A DNA stretch of 56,808 nucleotides, the filler included, from Catajapyx aquilonaris (lineage: Eukaryota): the NCBI GenBank assembly GCA_000934665.2. It is 3 parts of 3 records of this genome, joined end to end, with 100 filler letters (N's around TTAATTAATTAA, not from the genome) between each part and the next. Parts side by side here need not be neighbours in the genome. Positions count along the whole stretch, not along the records: positions 18,969 to 37,878 come from KZ539565.1; 2 more parts are not named here. One strand, given 5' to 3'. Shown here one piece after another: positions 18,869 to 29,545 of this stretch; position 1 is the first letter of the stretch; every line of letters begins with the position of its first letter. The position numbers were made by a program, and so were the translations under genes. The notes under the pieces were generated by a model that was not told the DNA's origin, made no database searches, and saw only the letters and a program-made list of their open reading frames with translations.

Positions 18869-18968
18869 NNNNNNNNNNNNNNNNNNNNNNNNNNNNNNNN
18901 NNNNNNNNNNNNTTAATTAATTAANNNNNNNNNNNNNNNNNNNNNNNNNNNNNNNNNNNNNNNNNNNN
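18869..18968. other. Artificial contig-joining spacer
   Basis: Exactly 44N + TTAATTAATTAA (stop codons in all six frames) + 44N = 100 bp. Confidence 0.97.
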
Positions 18969-19114
18969 CATCCACACTGTCAATGTGACTCCACTAAAGG
19001 CACTTTTCTCCTGATACCAAGGGAAATTCAAGGACACCTTTATCCTCTGCATAATCACTTGAGTACTACCACTCAAAAAGTTGGGAGCATACTTTGATTT
19101 TGGTTTTTTGTATA

Positions 19115-19595
19115 CAGGGTGGTCAGGAAACGGCACACAAGCTACAGGCCGCGAAATTCCTTGTCAAAAACCAGTTTATGGAAGTGAAGGTCCTATTGCT
19201 CTATGATGCGTGGTTATCTCTCACGAGGCCTCCAAAAATTGCAGCCAAATCGCGACTTTTTTGTATGCCCAAATTTGCCGCCCCTTGAAATCTGCCGCCC
19301 TAGGCAACTGCCTAGGTTGCCTTGCCGTAAATCCGGCGCTGATGGCAAAGTCTGGCAATATCTGGCAATATCTGGCAATATCTGGCTATACCTGGCAATG
19401 TATCGCATACAGTAGAGATACAGTAGTGTTTTAATTTCTCAGGCGAATGTGACGTCGTGATTTGGCTCCAATTTTTGGTGGCCTCGTGAGAGATAACCAC
19501 GCATCGTAGAGCAACAGGACCTTCACTTCCATATACTGGTTTTTCACAGGGAATCTCCCTACCTGAAGCTTGTGTACCATTTACCGACCACCCTG
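19115..19595. mobile_element. Tc1/mariner-type MITE with 142-bp TIRs
   Basis: TA|CAGGGTGGTC...GACCACCCTG|TA. 19115-19256 is the imperfect reverse complement of 19454-19595. The interior has a hAT-MITE-like end (...GGCAACTGCCTAGGTTGCC...AATCCGGCGCTG, to 19341). Confidence 0.9.
19351..19400 (+). repeat. 10-bp tandem repeat (TCTGGCAATA) x5
   Basis: Three exact and two variant copies. Confidence 0.9.
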
Positions 19596-20512
19596 TAGAG
19601 AAGAACAAAAATACAAAAAAGAAATATCCTAAGTTTTTCATGGTTGAGAGGTCATACTGGCACACGTGCTGTGTGATTTTCAGCTTCAGAGCTTTCCAAG
19701 TGTAACTAATATTGGCGCTGTTACCGTACCCTGTTACAACCAACCTCGATCTCCCTTACAGTGTTGCCATGTGTATCTTGAAAAGGAAATTCATTCGGAT
19801 TTCATTCAACATTAAACATAGCCACAAGATATTTCTAATCTTTAATTACTACTGGACACAACTCCATTTTGAAGCATTTTTTGAATGACAGCACCTTATT
19901 TTATCAACCTATGTCAAGCACACTTGTAGCCGAAACTGCTTTTTTGTCTCTGGATCATGTCATACATTCGCGCCTGAAAATGTTTCTGTAGGTTGCGAAA
20001 CAAGTGCAGATTGCTTGGAGACAGGTTTTAACCACGGCCTATAACTCAGGTCGCGCAACTCCCTTCCCCTATGCGTGAGCTTAGCTGTGCATTGACTTGG
20101 CGCTGCCGTCCCTCCACAGAGCACTACTTCAGGCCTTGTTCGGGTGGCTGGCTTTGCGACTTTCTCGACTGACCCAGCTGCATTGGAAAGGACGGTTTTG
20201 GTTGGTTCAGAAAAGCATCCACCCGAACGTGACCCTAAAAGTAATGCTCTGTGGACCGACGCCAGCGCCAAATAGAACATTCTCGTATGGGGGGGAGCCA
20301 CGGGGGAGTGCAACTAAGCTCACAGCCTTCCCCATATGGCTAGCTATGGAGTTGCGGGGGGCTGGTTTTAACCATGTACTATGGACTCAAAGAAGCCCTG
20401 CTTGGACTATTCGATACTTTTTTTTTTTTTAATGGCCATGTATGGACTAGTAGAGGAAGTCAAACATTGTTGCGTGTCATTTTTCATTAATTCAAGTGAA
20501 CATATTCGGAAC

Positions 20513-20578
20513 AGTCCAGACCTCTTACCAAATGACTTTCACTTGTTTCCCCACCTGCAGAAACTCTTTGGCAGCTGA
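20513..20578 (+). mobile_element. Mariner transposase relic
   Basis: Translates to SPDLLPNDFHLFPHLQKLFGS*, matching the mariner catalytic-domain motif SPDLAPSD(Y/F)HLF. Confidence 0.75.
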
Positions 20579-20627
20579 GGATATAGGGGTGACTCAAAGG
20601 TGAAAGAATAGGCAAGAGTCCCTGGTT

Positions 20628-20760
20628 TACAGAATGTGTTGCAACAGTTAGAGAAAATTGCTTATATAAGCAATTTTCTCTAACTGTTGCAACACATTCT
20701 GTATTACTGGACACAAATTCCATGTCCTTATATAAGTACATGGAATTTGTGTCCAGTAAT
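20628..20760. repeat. Two abutting palindromes, both centred on CTTATATAAG
   Basis: 20628-20703 is a perfect 76-bp palindrome. 20703-20760 is a 58-bp palindrome with one mismatch. Confidence 0.95.
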
Positions 20761-21020
20761 TTTTAACAAAAAATTAGCCTGTGATTGTTTTAGAGTTTAG
20801 AATAAAGATTTATATAAAGGGAGACAAAATATTGGTATCTTATATGTATGGCCACATGCCAAATTTTAGGACGTTACAGCTTGCTTTGAGAGTGGACAAA
20901 TACCAAGTATATTTTTTGTGTGTGCATGTATGACAGGTCCTTAGTGTAGTGCACCAAGCTTAATGCAGTGATCGCATGTCAGTGTACGTGGGCCTTCAAT
21001 ACAAAGGACTCTCCTTACAG

Positions 21021-24000
21021 ATGGACCTGCAGGCAAAGAAAAGAAAGAATGGGAACGGAAGTTTCTTTGGAAACTGCAAGAAAACTAAGGCAAGTGATGA
21101 GGTACATCATAAGAATGCTCTTCAAAACCCCATGAAGTTCAATCAATTCCGGAGCTTCAAGAAACGGCGTAGACTGGATCCTTGGGACCGTAAGCGACGG
21201 CAAGGCAAAAAAGTAACCGAGCTACCCAGTGATACCACTTGTAACCTTCCTCCAAAGCTTAGCCATGAGATGCAATCTCATAGCAGTGCATTTTCCCCTA
21301 ATTCTCCCTGTGAAAGTACCCCAAGCATGCAGAGCACTGAGATTCCTAATGGTGTGGCTGAAGAGGAAGAAAGGGCAATCTTGTGTGGTACTACTGTGCC
21401 ACTGAGAAAAGAAAATGTGCTGGAACTTAATACCAATCAAAGTCAAATTCCACATAACAGTTTTTCTGAAGATATGCCGGATTGTTCAAAACAAGCATCT
21501 GAGTTTCCCTGGATGCAGCAGTCCCATAGTGACACTCAGTGCCCAACTCTACATGACAAGGCTACTCATTCTGCAAGCAATGCTTCTGGGTTTCATTTGG
21601 CACAGCAATTGCATGAAGACAGTCAGTGTCAGACTCATCACAGCAAGATTCCTGGTGATGTTGCAGAGCAGACAAGCAATGATTTCAAGCCATTAATGAA
21701 TCAACAATGTTACAAGGAAAGCCAGAGGCACAGCTTGCATGATAAGAATCCTGAAGAAATGGATACAGGTGTAAGTGATGCTTCTGAGTTGCATATTAAG
21801 CAATTTTCCAATGATGACTATGCATGTGATGTTTGTCCCAGGAGATTTTCCTGTTATGAACGTTATGTTAGGCATAAGAATGCTCACATTGATGGACAGG
21901 GTTTTCCTTGCCCAATATGCCAAAAAGCTTTCTTATCCAAGTCTCACCTTCAATGTCACATCAAGACCCACTCAGCATCTCGTGGTTATCTCAGCAATTC
22001 TCAAGACACATCTAACACTGGAAATAAGCACAAGAAGGATAAGCGCAAGAAGGCTTCCATAGACTGGCCGAGATTTCCTTGCCCACTCTGCCCAAGTGTT
22101 CTTGTATCTAATTATTACCTTCGCCGTCACATGCAGCAGGCCCACGAACCACCCAATGGTGCACTAAGTGAGTCTCAGGACACATCCCAGGCTGGCAACG
22201 TGCAAGGGAAGGTTCTTGTTGGTGGACCGAGTTTTTCTTGCCCATTATGCCAGAAGACGTTCTCACAAAGGTGTAATCTTAGATGTCACATGGAACAGTT
22301 CCACAAGCCATCCCATGAGGTGCCTGGCAAGATTCAAGACACATCTGAAGCTGGTGATAAGCACAAGAAGGCTTCCATACAGGGGGAGAGATTTCCTTGC
22401 CCAGTATGCGAGAAGTGTTTCGCACACAAGTACAGTGTCAACCGCCACATGCGTCTGATCCACAAACTATTATATAGTGCTAGCAGAAAGTCTCAAAATG
22501 CATCTCGGGCCAGCAATAACATGGAGTCACAGTCTCTTGCGTCTGGCATTCAATCAGAAAACGCCAAGCATAAACATCATGAAGAGTTGTTGCCTAGTTT
22601 CCCAGCTACCTTAACTGAGAAGAGCGTTAACAGTCATATGGATACCACTGGGTCACAGTCTCTTGCTTCCGGCATTCAATCAGAAAACGCCAAGCATAAA
22701 CATCATGAAGAGTTGTTGCCTAGTTTCCCAGCTACCTTAACTGAGAAGAGCGTTAACAGTCATATGGATACCACTGGGTCACAGTCTCTTGCTTCTGGCA
22801 TTCAATCAGAAAATGCCAAGCATAAACATCATGAAGAGTTGTTGCCTAGTTTCCCAGCTACCTTAACGGAGAAGAGCATTAACACTTGTATGGAGGTGCA
22901 ATTCAGGTGCAATAGTGATAATCGTCTACCAACCACTAAAGACAATAAACCACTTGCCCCTACTGTGAAAAACAAACAAATGTACATTTGTGACATTTGC
23001 CATAAATCAGTGACAACTCTCAGCAGCCTGAATCTGCACAAGAAGTCAGTCCATGCAGGGTTGCGGCCATTTTCATGTGACATGTGTGACAGGTCGTTTA
23101 GTCAGAGAGGTAACCTAAATGTGCACAAAATGTGCCAGCATTCAAATGAGAGACCACATGGTTGTGATGTTTGCTCTAAGACTTTTGTTTCAAAGTATAT
23201 GCTTACCGCTCACAAGAAAAAGTATCCAGGGGAGCACTCCAGCTGCCCTGTATGTCCACGGTTTTTCACTGATAGGAATGCATTGACAAGCCATGCAAAT
23301 ACCCACAGGAACGATACACCCAGAAAGAAGTATAAAACTTGCACCAGAAGAGCAGTTGATAATTCTGGGCAAAACACTAGTCAGGTGAAGTCTGGTCAGT
23401 CGCAAGTAATGGAAGGGCATTCTCAAAACAACAGTCTCAAGGGACAAGTGCAGTGCCAAAGAACTGAGCAGTACCTTCAGGATGTTGGTCCAAATTGGCA
23501 GACCAACAGAACAGAGGGGTATTCTCGGAATTTAAGTGTGAAGGGGCCAATGCAGCCTTGGGAGAGTGAAAGGGGCTGTCAGGATATGACTGCGAATTCA
23601 CATGCTTTGATGCAAGATACAAGGGGTTATTGTCACAGTATCATAGCAGGAGTTCAGACTCAGGAGAGTGGCTGGAACTATCAGGGTGTGACAATGAATT
23701 CACACATGTTGATGAATGGAACAGAGCAGCATTTCCACAGTGCTGATGTGACGGGACAAATTCAGAGCCAAGTAAGTCAGAACGTGGTTCATAATACACC
23801 AATGTTTATGCAAGGAACAGGGGGGAACATGTATGGAACCAATGTGCAGGGTGCCCTGCAGCATCAGAACATGGCCCAGAACTTTCAGGACTCTGTGCAA
23901 GGATCAGCAGGTCAAGTTTGCAGCACCAATGTGGAGGGAGGAGGGAGACCTCAGGAGAATGCAAATGGCTATCAGAACCCTACTCTGAATTCACAGGGAT

Positions 24001-25205
24001 TTATGAATGGAACAGGGGAGTACCCTAACAGCAGTCACATGAAGTGGCAAGTGCAGAGGGAGAGAAGTGAAGGTGTAGTTCATTACACTACTCTGAATTC
24101 ACCAGTGCAGGGAACTGGTCAGCATGTGTACAGCCACAACAAAAAGGCAGGAATGAATGCTCAGGAAAATGAGGTGGTCTGTCAGAACAAGGCCCTGCAT
24201 TCGCAATCATTGATGAATGGAACTGCGGAGTATTTCTACATGACACCAGGGAAGGGACAAGTGCCGATTCAGAGAAGTGAAAGTGACAGTCAATATGTGA
24301 ATCTGAATTCAACAATGTCAATGCAAGGAACAGGGGAATATATCTATGGCTCCAATGTGGAACCAGAAGTGCAGGCTCGGGGGGGTGTTGAGCATTTTCA
24401 TAACACAACTTCCAATTCCCACATTCCCGTGCAAAGAACTGGGGAGCATTTCAACAGCCCTAGCCTGAAGACAGAAGCGCAGTCTCAGGAGAGTGAAGAG
24501 GGTGGTCAGAACGTGGCTACGCATTCACAGGCGTCAGCGCAAAGACTTGGGGAACGTTTTCTGACTGCTGGTGGGAATGTGGTAGTGCCAACCCAGGGAA
24601 GTGATGATCATACTTTAGTCTCTAATCCAGAAGAGCATTTTAAGGATAGCATCCAATACTCATGCAGCAGATGCCTGTGTACTTTTCCTTCTGACTCCTT
24701 ACTACAAATCCACATGCAAACACACCAAGAGCAATTTAACTGTTACCACTGTGGCAAAAGTTTTTCTCTAAAGAGGTTATTATTAGCTCACATTGAACAG
24801 AAGTGCAAAGTGTTACACAAGCAGAATCTTGCACCAACAAAGCCATTTTCATGCCATCGGTGTGGGGAGGGTTTTTTATACAAGCAAACTTTGCACTTCC
24901 ACCTCAAGAATCTATGCACAGATGAGCACAAAACCACACCACACACACCTTCACCTGGGACTAACATTAAGAGTCGTGATAATACTGAAGGTAAGGAGTT
25001 GGGAGAGGAAAATAGCTCTCTAGGCTGTAATACATGCAAAAAGACCTTCCTTACAAAGACAAATCTAATGCGTCACATTGAACAAATTCATTGTACAAAT
25101 AGAAAAGTGTACAAATGCAGGTACTGCAATATGAGGTCTGCATATCAAAGCAGTATTGATCGCCATATTCAGGTTATTCATCATAAAAAGGTTGAAAGCA
25201 GATGA
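21021..25205 (+). CDS. Multi-C2H2 zinc-finger protein, about 1394 aa, in one large exon
   Basis: 4.2-kb ORF with about 14 CxxC-x12-H-x3-4-H/C fingers in three clusters (one degenerate, two C2HC) and a basic, NLS-like N-terminus. The ATG at 21021 directly follows a strong acceptor (ctctccttacag), so upstream exon(s) are likely. The ORF-track start at 20976 is probably intronic. Confidence 0.93.
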   Translation: MDLQAKKRKNGNGSFFGNCKKTKASDEVHHKNALQNPMKFNQFRSFKKRRRLDPWDRKRRQGKKVTELPSDTTCNLPPKLSHEMQSHSSAFSPNSPCESTPSMQSTEIPNGVAEEEERAILCGTTVPLRKENVLELNTNQSQIPHNSFSEDMPDCSKQASEFPWMQQSHSDTQCPTLHDKATHSASNASGFHLAQQLHEDSQCQTHHSKIPGDVAEQTSNDFKPLMNQQCYKESQRHSLHDKNPEEMDTGVSDASELHIKQFSNDDYACDVCPRRFSCYERYVRHKNAHIDGQGFPCPICQKAFLSKSHLQCHIKTHSASRGYLSNSQDTSNTGNKHKKDKRKKASIDWPRFPCPLCPSVLVSNYYLRRHMQQAHEPPNGALSESQDTSQAGNVQGKVLVGGPSFSCPLCQKTFSQRCNLRCHMEQFHKPSHEVPGKIQDTSEAGDKHKKASIQGERFPCPVCEKCFAHKYSVNRHMRLIHKLLYSASRKSQNASRASNNMESQSLASGIQSENAKHKHHEELLPSFPATLTEKSVNSHMDTTGSQSLASGIQSENAKHKHHEELLPSFPATLTEKSVNSHMDTTGSQSLASGIQSENAKHKHHEELLPSFPATLTEKSINTCMEVQFRCNSDNRLPTTKDNKPLAPTVKNKQMYICDICHKSVTTLSSLNLHKKSVHAGLRPFSCDMCDRSFSQRGNLNVHKMCQHSNERPHGCDVCSKTFVSKYMLTAHKKKYPGEHSSCPVCPRFFTDRNALTSHANTHRNDTPRKKYKTCTRRAVDNSGQNTSQVKSGQSQVMEGHSQNNSLKGQVQCQRTEQYLQDVGPNWQTNRTEGYSRNLSVKGPMQPWESERGCQDMTANSHALMQDTRGYCHSIIAGVQTQESGWNYQGVTMNSHMLMNGTEQHFHSADVTGQIQSQVSQNVVHNTPMFMQGTGGNMYGTNVQGALQHQNMAQNFQDSVQGSAGQVCSTNVEGGGRPQENANGYQNPTLNSQGFMNGTGEYPNSSHMKWQVQRERSEGVVHYTTLNSPVQGTGQHVYSHNKKAGMNAQENEVVCQNKALHSQSLMNGTAEYFYMTPGKGQVPIQRSESDSQYVNLNSTMSMQGTGEYIYGSNVEPEVQARGGVEHFHNTTSNSHIPVQRTGEHFNSPSLKTEAQSQESEEGGQNVATHSQASAQRLGERFLTAGGNVVVPTQGSDDHTLVSNPEEHFKDSIQYSCSRCLCTFPSDSLLQIHMQTHQEQFNCYHCGKSFSLKRLLLAHIEQKCKVLHKQNLAPTKPFSCHRCGEGFLYKQTLHFHLKNLCTDEHKTTPHTPSPGTNIKSRDNTEGKELGEENSSLGCNTCKKTFLTKTNLMRHIEQIHCTNRKVYKCRYCNMRSAYQSSIDRHIQVIHHKKVESR
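22526..22884 (+). repeat. Coding minisatellite, 126 bp (42 aa) x about 2.85
   Basis: SQSLASGIQSENAKHKHHEELLPSFPATLTEKSVNSHMDTTG units start at 22526, 22652 and 22778 and are nearly identical in DNA. Confidence 0.97.
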
Positions 25206-26381
25206 TGGCGTATGTTAATATGCAGTGAGTTTTCGTAGAAGGGTTACTAGTCTCATTTTGGACAAGTGTTTGACATTTCAGAAAATTTGTGATGTTAATG
25301 TCAATATATTGTTGCATATTTTAGAGGCATTGTAAAAGGGTCGATATAATTCATGAAGTGCTCTGGACACCTCTTTGTGCTGGGTCCAGCAGTGCATGAG
25401 GTAAATATTGTGTATTCCATGCAGTGCTTCACACCCCAATAATGAGGCATGGAATAGCCCTTAGAGGCTTGACTTATATCATAATTTGTTTGTAAATCAA
25501 ATAAGTAAATATTTCTATGAATACTTGTATAATTTTCTTCTCTTTGTAAAGTTTGATTAATTTCAAAATCAATATTTGTGATCAGTATCATAGGGTGCTG
25601 TTAATATATATATATATAGCTTGATTACTGAAACCGCCTATTTTTAATCAGATGTTACAAAGAAGTTACTTTAATATCCAATGACCTCAATTTCTACTGA
25701 AAATTCGCCACATTATTTTGGTGGGGAGCATCATATTTCTAATTTATATGGTAATGTTTTATTGCAATGTTCAGTCAAATGAAAGTAAATCTGTGAATTG
25801 TTTTCTGGCATGGTTATGAATAAGTTCAGAAACAACGTTCTAGGTTTTCCAAAGAGTCTTGGCTTCCTCGAGGCTGAAAATGGTTGGCATAGTAGTGGCA
25901 GATGAACCAGAATAGATTCCATGAGACAGTAAATGTCTTGGAATGCGGAAGAGTTTAGGATCCTTTGAGATTTCTTATTTTAATTTTTACAGTAATAAAT
26001 CACACTACACTAATCCTGTTCTCTGCTTATATGTCCGTCAACACTTTACCTATGTAGTAGTTGCCATAGATTATCACTTTCCACAATTAAGGGGCATATA
26101 GCGGTCAGATGGGGTATGGGACCCACTTCAATGGAGGCGAGAAACATGCTGGTTATAGCACCCTGGTGGGCTTTGTCCATGCGGTGACTCATCACCAACG
26201 TGCATGTAGTACAACTTTCTCCTGGACAGCGGCAGTAGTGTGAAGAGAGAGCCAACTGGTAGAGGCTTATCATACTACATCCAAGTGGGGGTGGGTGGTG
26301 CAAGCAATGTTGCTTAAATTTGGCAATGCGTCCACTACTACAGGGTGGACTGAAAGTTTCGGACCCCCCCAGGTTTTTTAA

Positions 26382-26767
26382 AAAACGTCTCCCCACAGCC
26401 AACTCCACATCGACACCTCGCCTGCGCGCCATCGTGCGGGAGGACCGGGAAGCTGTATACGAGATAGGGCTGTATCCGCAACGAGTGAAGGTTAGGTTGG
26501 ATAGGTACATCGTACCCCTACCCCCTGCCCACATCAAGCAGTGAAAATTAATCCAAATAACAAACGGCGGCCTGACCTCTGAGCAGTATAAGAATCCCCA
26601 TCGGAAGAAGCATTCCAAGCGATGGCTGCTGTGGCGCATTGGTAGCGCGCTGGCCTATAGATCAGAAGGCTGCAGGTTCGCATCCGGCTGAGGCTTCTTT
26701 TTTTTCCCCATCCTTTTGGCGCGCAGGCAAGGTGCCGATGTGGAGTTGGCTGTGGGGAGCCGTTTGT
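26382..26767. mobile_element. TIR element nested in the foldback arm, apparent 9-bp TSD (Mutator-like MITE)
   Basis: TIRs of about 50 bp (CTCCCCACAGCCAACTCCACATCG.CACCT.GCCTGCGCGCCA). GTTTTTTAA is duplicated at 26373-26381 and 26768-26776 but single in the uninterrupted opposite arm. Confidence 0.8.
26624..26705 (+). pseudogene. tRNA-Trp-like sequence (degenerate tRNA or SINE head) with Pol III boxes and a T-run
   Basis: A box TGGCGCATTGG (26632-26642), B box GGTTCGCATCC (26675-26685) and T8 at 26698-26705. GTGGCGCA..GGTAGCGCG..AGATCAGAAGGCTGC resembles eukaryotic tRNA-Trp, but the anticodon arm and acceptor stem are imperfect. Confidence 0.65.
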
Positions 26768-27965
26768 GTTTTTTAACCCTACTTTTCACAGCCTTTAAAA
26801 GTCCACAGCAGTTCTAATGTACACTATCTTTTGAAGCATAATCTTGAGAACATCTGAGCACCTTCGCTCTCGCAATTCCATTAATAACTTCGCCTCTGTG
26901 GCTCCTCTAAACATCCTATCTGTTTTGCGTTTATTTTGCTTGTTGCCTTGGAGGACCCCTGGTCATATTCTGCGTCAGAAATGGTTTTTATGACCCCCTT
27001 CATGCAAATGTTGTGAACTCACTCCTGACCTTATTTTTCGCATTGGTCCATAACCTGGTCCAATAAAATTTTTAAAAGGAATGCATGAAGTGGCGGACCC
27101 GGATGCATTACTTTCGAATTGGTACCATCACATTTGTCTCCATTTTTACTTTCAAATAATTTTTTAGTGGGAAAGGACAGTAAACAGTCCTACCTTGGTA
27201 AATTAATCAACATGACACATCCTTTTCGTTCACGTCCTTTCGCACCAAAAAATTATTTTAAAGTGAAAATGGAGACAAATGTGATGGTACCAATGTGAGA
27301 ATTTGAAAGTAATGCGTCCGGGTCCGCCATTTCATGCATTCCTTTTCAAATTTTTATTGGACCAGGTTATGGACCAATGCGAAAAATAAGGTCAGGAGTG
27401 AGTTCACAACATTTGCATGAAGGGGAACTCATGGAAAAGGGTCATAAAAACCTTATCTGACGCAGAATATGACCAGGGGTCCTCCAAGGCAACAAGCAAA
27501 ATAAACGCAAAACAGATAGAATGTTTAGATGAGTCACAGAGGCAAAGTTATTAATGGAATTGCGAGAGCGAAGGTGCTCAGATGTTCTCAAGATTATGCT
27601 TCAAAAGATAGTGTACATTAGAACTGCTTGTGGACTTTTAAAAGATGTGAAAAGACTCTGTGAAAAGTAGGGTTAAAAAACCTGGGGGGGTCCGAAACTT
27701 TCCGTCCACCCTGTAGTATTATACTGTAGGATATCCTTCAGTTTTAGAGTTCCTTATTGATCATTAAGAGTCGCATTGTTTTAGTAAATTTAATGGTGGT
27801 ACCATGCCACATCTCTTCAAATGGGATAATACAGAGGAAAACCATAAATGCGCACACATTAATAGTTTAATAATAATTTGGGTAGTGCAGACTTCCATCT
27901 CGGGAGGTATTGTTCAGACCTTTATTTTATTTATTGGTTGAGTACAATGTATGCATATTGCTATC

Positions 27966-28216
27966 TTTTTGCGAAACGCCCGGGTCCGCGGGCAGGGTGA
28001 CTGGGAGGGGATGTGCAAGGTGCAAGTGCAATGTCTGTAACGGTATATTTTGTGAACTCCACCGGGTGGATCAGTCTGTCAGAAATTCTACCCGAGACAT
28101 AGCCAGAGAGGACTCAACTCTGCACAAGATGAAGGGGGGAGACCCATGGCAGGGATCGAACCCTGGACCCTTCCATTCATGGGAATATACATTACTGCAG
28201 CGCCACTCCGCCTCCC
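27966..28216 (-). mobile_element. tRNA-derived SINE, diverged
   Basis: The minus strand starts GGGAGGCGGAGTGGCGC..., has B box GGTTCGATCCC (28152-28162), a GC-rich body and a short A tail. Confidence 0.55.
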
Positions 28217-29545
28217 TCAATGCACACACATTAACTTCATTAATGTCAATTTAGTGAGTTCAAAAAATGTCCCCTTTTAACATCATTTCAAATTCAGATT
28301 TTCACAAAGTAGGAAAAGTAAGTTTAATTTTTCACCTGATATTACATTTGTAAAACATCACGACTGCTGACACCAAGCTGACACCCATCCTGGAGTAGAT
28401 CTTTGAGTCAACATCGCAGTGATAGATGGATTGGTGACACTCTTTGGAATATGTAGTATTTTTTATTCTTGTACTTATCGATAGCCATGTCTGCCTGCAG
28501 TTCACTGGCTCATTTTCATTTCACCAAACTTTGTGAATGAGTGATTTGAGCAATAATTTTGCAATATTACTTTTAATTACAATGACTGGACAAAGCTTTG
28601 TAGGGTTTGAGTAATGTGTCACAAAGATTGCTTTTGAAACTCGATGTATGTGTTTGGGCACTTAATATGTATTATTCTGGCCATTGTTTGTTTTGTCTGG
28701 TCCATCACGCCCGATCATGCCTATCTGCCTTTTTTGTTTCTGTGGCCCTTTTTGCATAAATGTGGAGAATGTGGTCAAAATAAAGGTGTCACCTCCAATT
28801 ATGTGCCAATTTAGATCTCAGCTGTTCTTTCAAGTAAAGTTATGCAAATTTCAAGCCAGAGCTTCGTGGCATTGACCTTTCCTGGGAAAGTAACTCTACC
28901 CTTTGGTGCAAAGTCACCGTCACTGTGAGGTAGAGAGCAGATGATGGATTTGACACTCCTTATTTTAACCAATTGCTAACATCTTAGTGTGAATGTGATG
29001 TAATAATGTTTGTGTAATTATTTGAATGTTTCCTATCAACCATTTTATTTGTTCACTTTGCAAATAGAAGTTTCACTAATTGTGATTACATTTCCTCTGT
29101 GCGAGAAAAGTGAACAGGTCTTGTTGAACAGAGTACTGTTTTCAAAGTGCCACATCAACATTTGCCAACAATACATTTCTGTTGCCCTCTGAACATGCTT
29201 TCGCTATCTTCATTGCAAAAACCAACCCTCAGATGTTCACTGAACATCCAGGAATTTCCAGCCAACATCCTGAATGTCCACTGTTCAGTTAATGTCAGGA
29301 ACTGTTCAGCACATGGCTTTAACTACATTACATGGGAAGTTTAGAGTCAGTGAAAGATAATTTAATAAGTGAATGCAAAAATTTAACAGTCAATAAATTT
29401 CTCCAGTGTTTGCATAGAGCATTCATTGAACAATTAGAGCTCAATAGCAATAGAGGCATTCACTGATTATTCACCTGTCACTAGGGTACTTTTTGGGTGC
29501 ATTTTTGGGATCCACTTTCAAAAAGTTTTGCTGAGCGTGGGACAC

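Larger units (their letters stand above)
26341..27713. mobile_element. Non-autonomous Tc1/mariner-type foldback element with about 440-bp inverted arms
   Basis: TA|CAGGGTGGAC(T/G)GAAAGTTTCGGACCCCCCCAGG...CCACCCTG|TA. 26777-27178 is inverted at about 27234-27672, with a spacer of about 55 bp. The left arm is interrupted by an insertion. Confidence 0.93.

Noticed and set aside
18913..18924. TTAATTAATTAA as a piggyBac target or homeodomain site (also at 37923)
   Set aside because: It is centred in symmetric N runs of identical length, so it is an assembly linker.
26624..26695. Functional tRNA gene (also considered at 48318, 52079 and 28216)
   Set aside because: Acceptor stems and anticodon arms do not pair properly, and the contexts are TE-associated.
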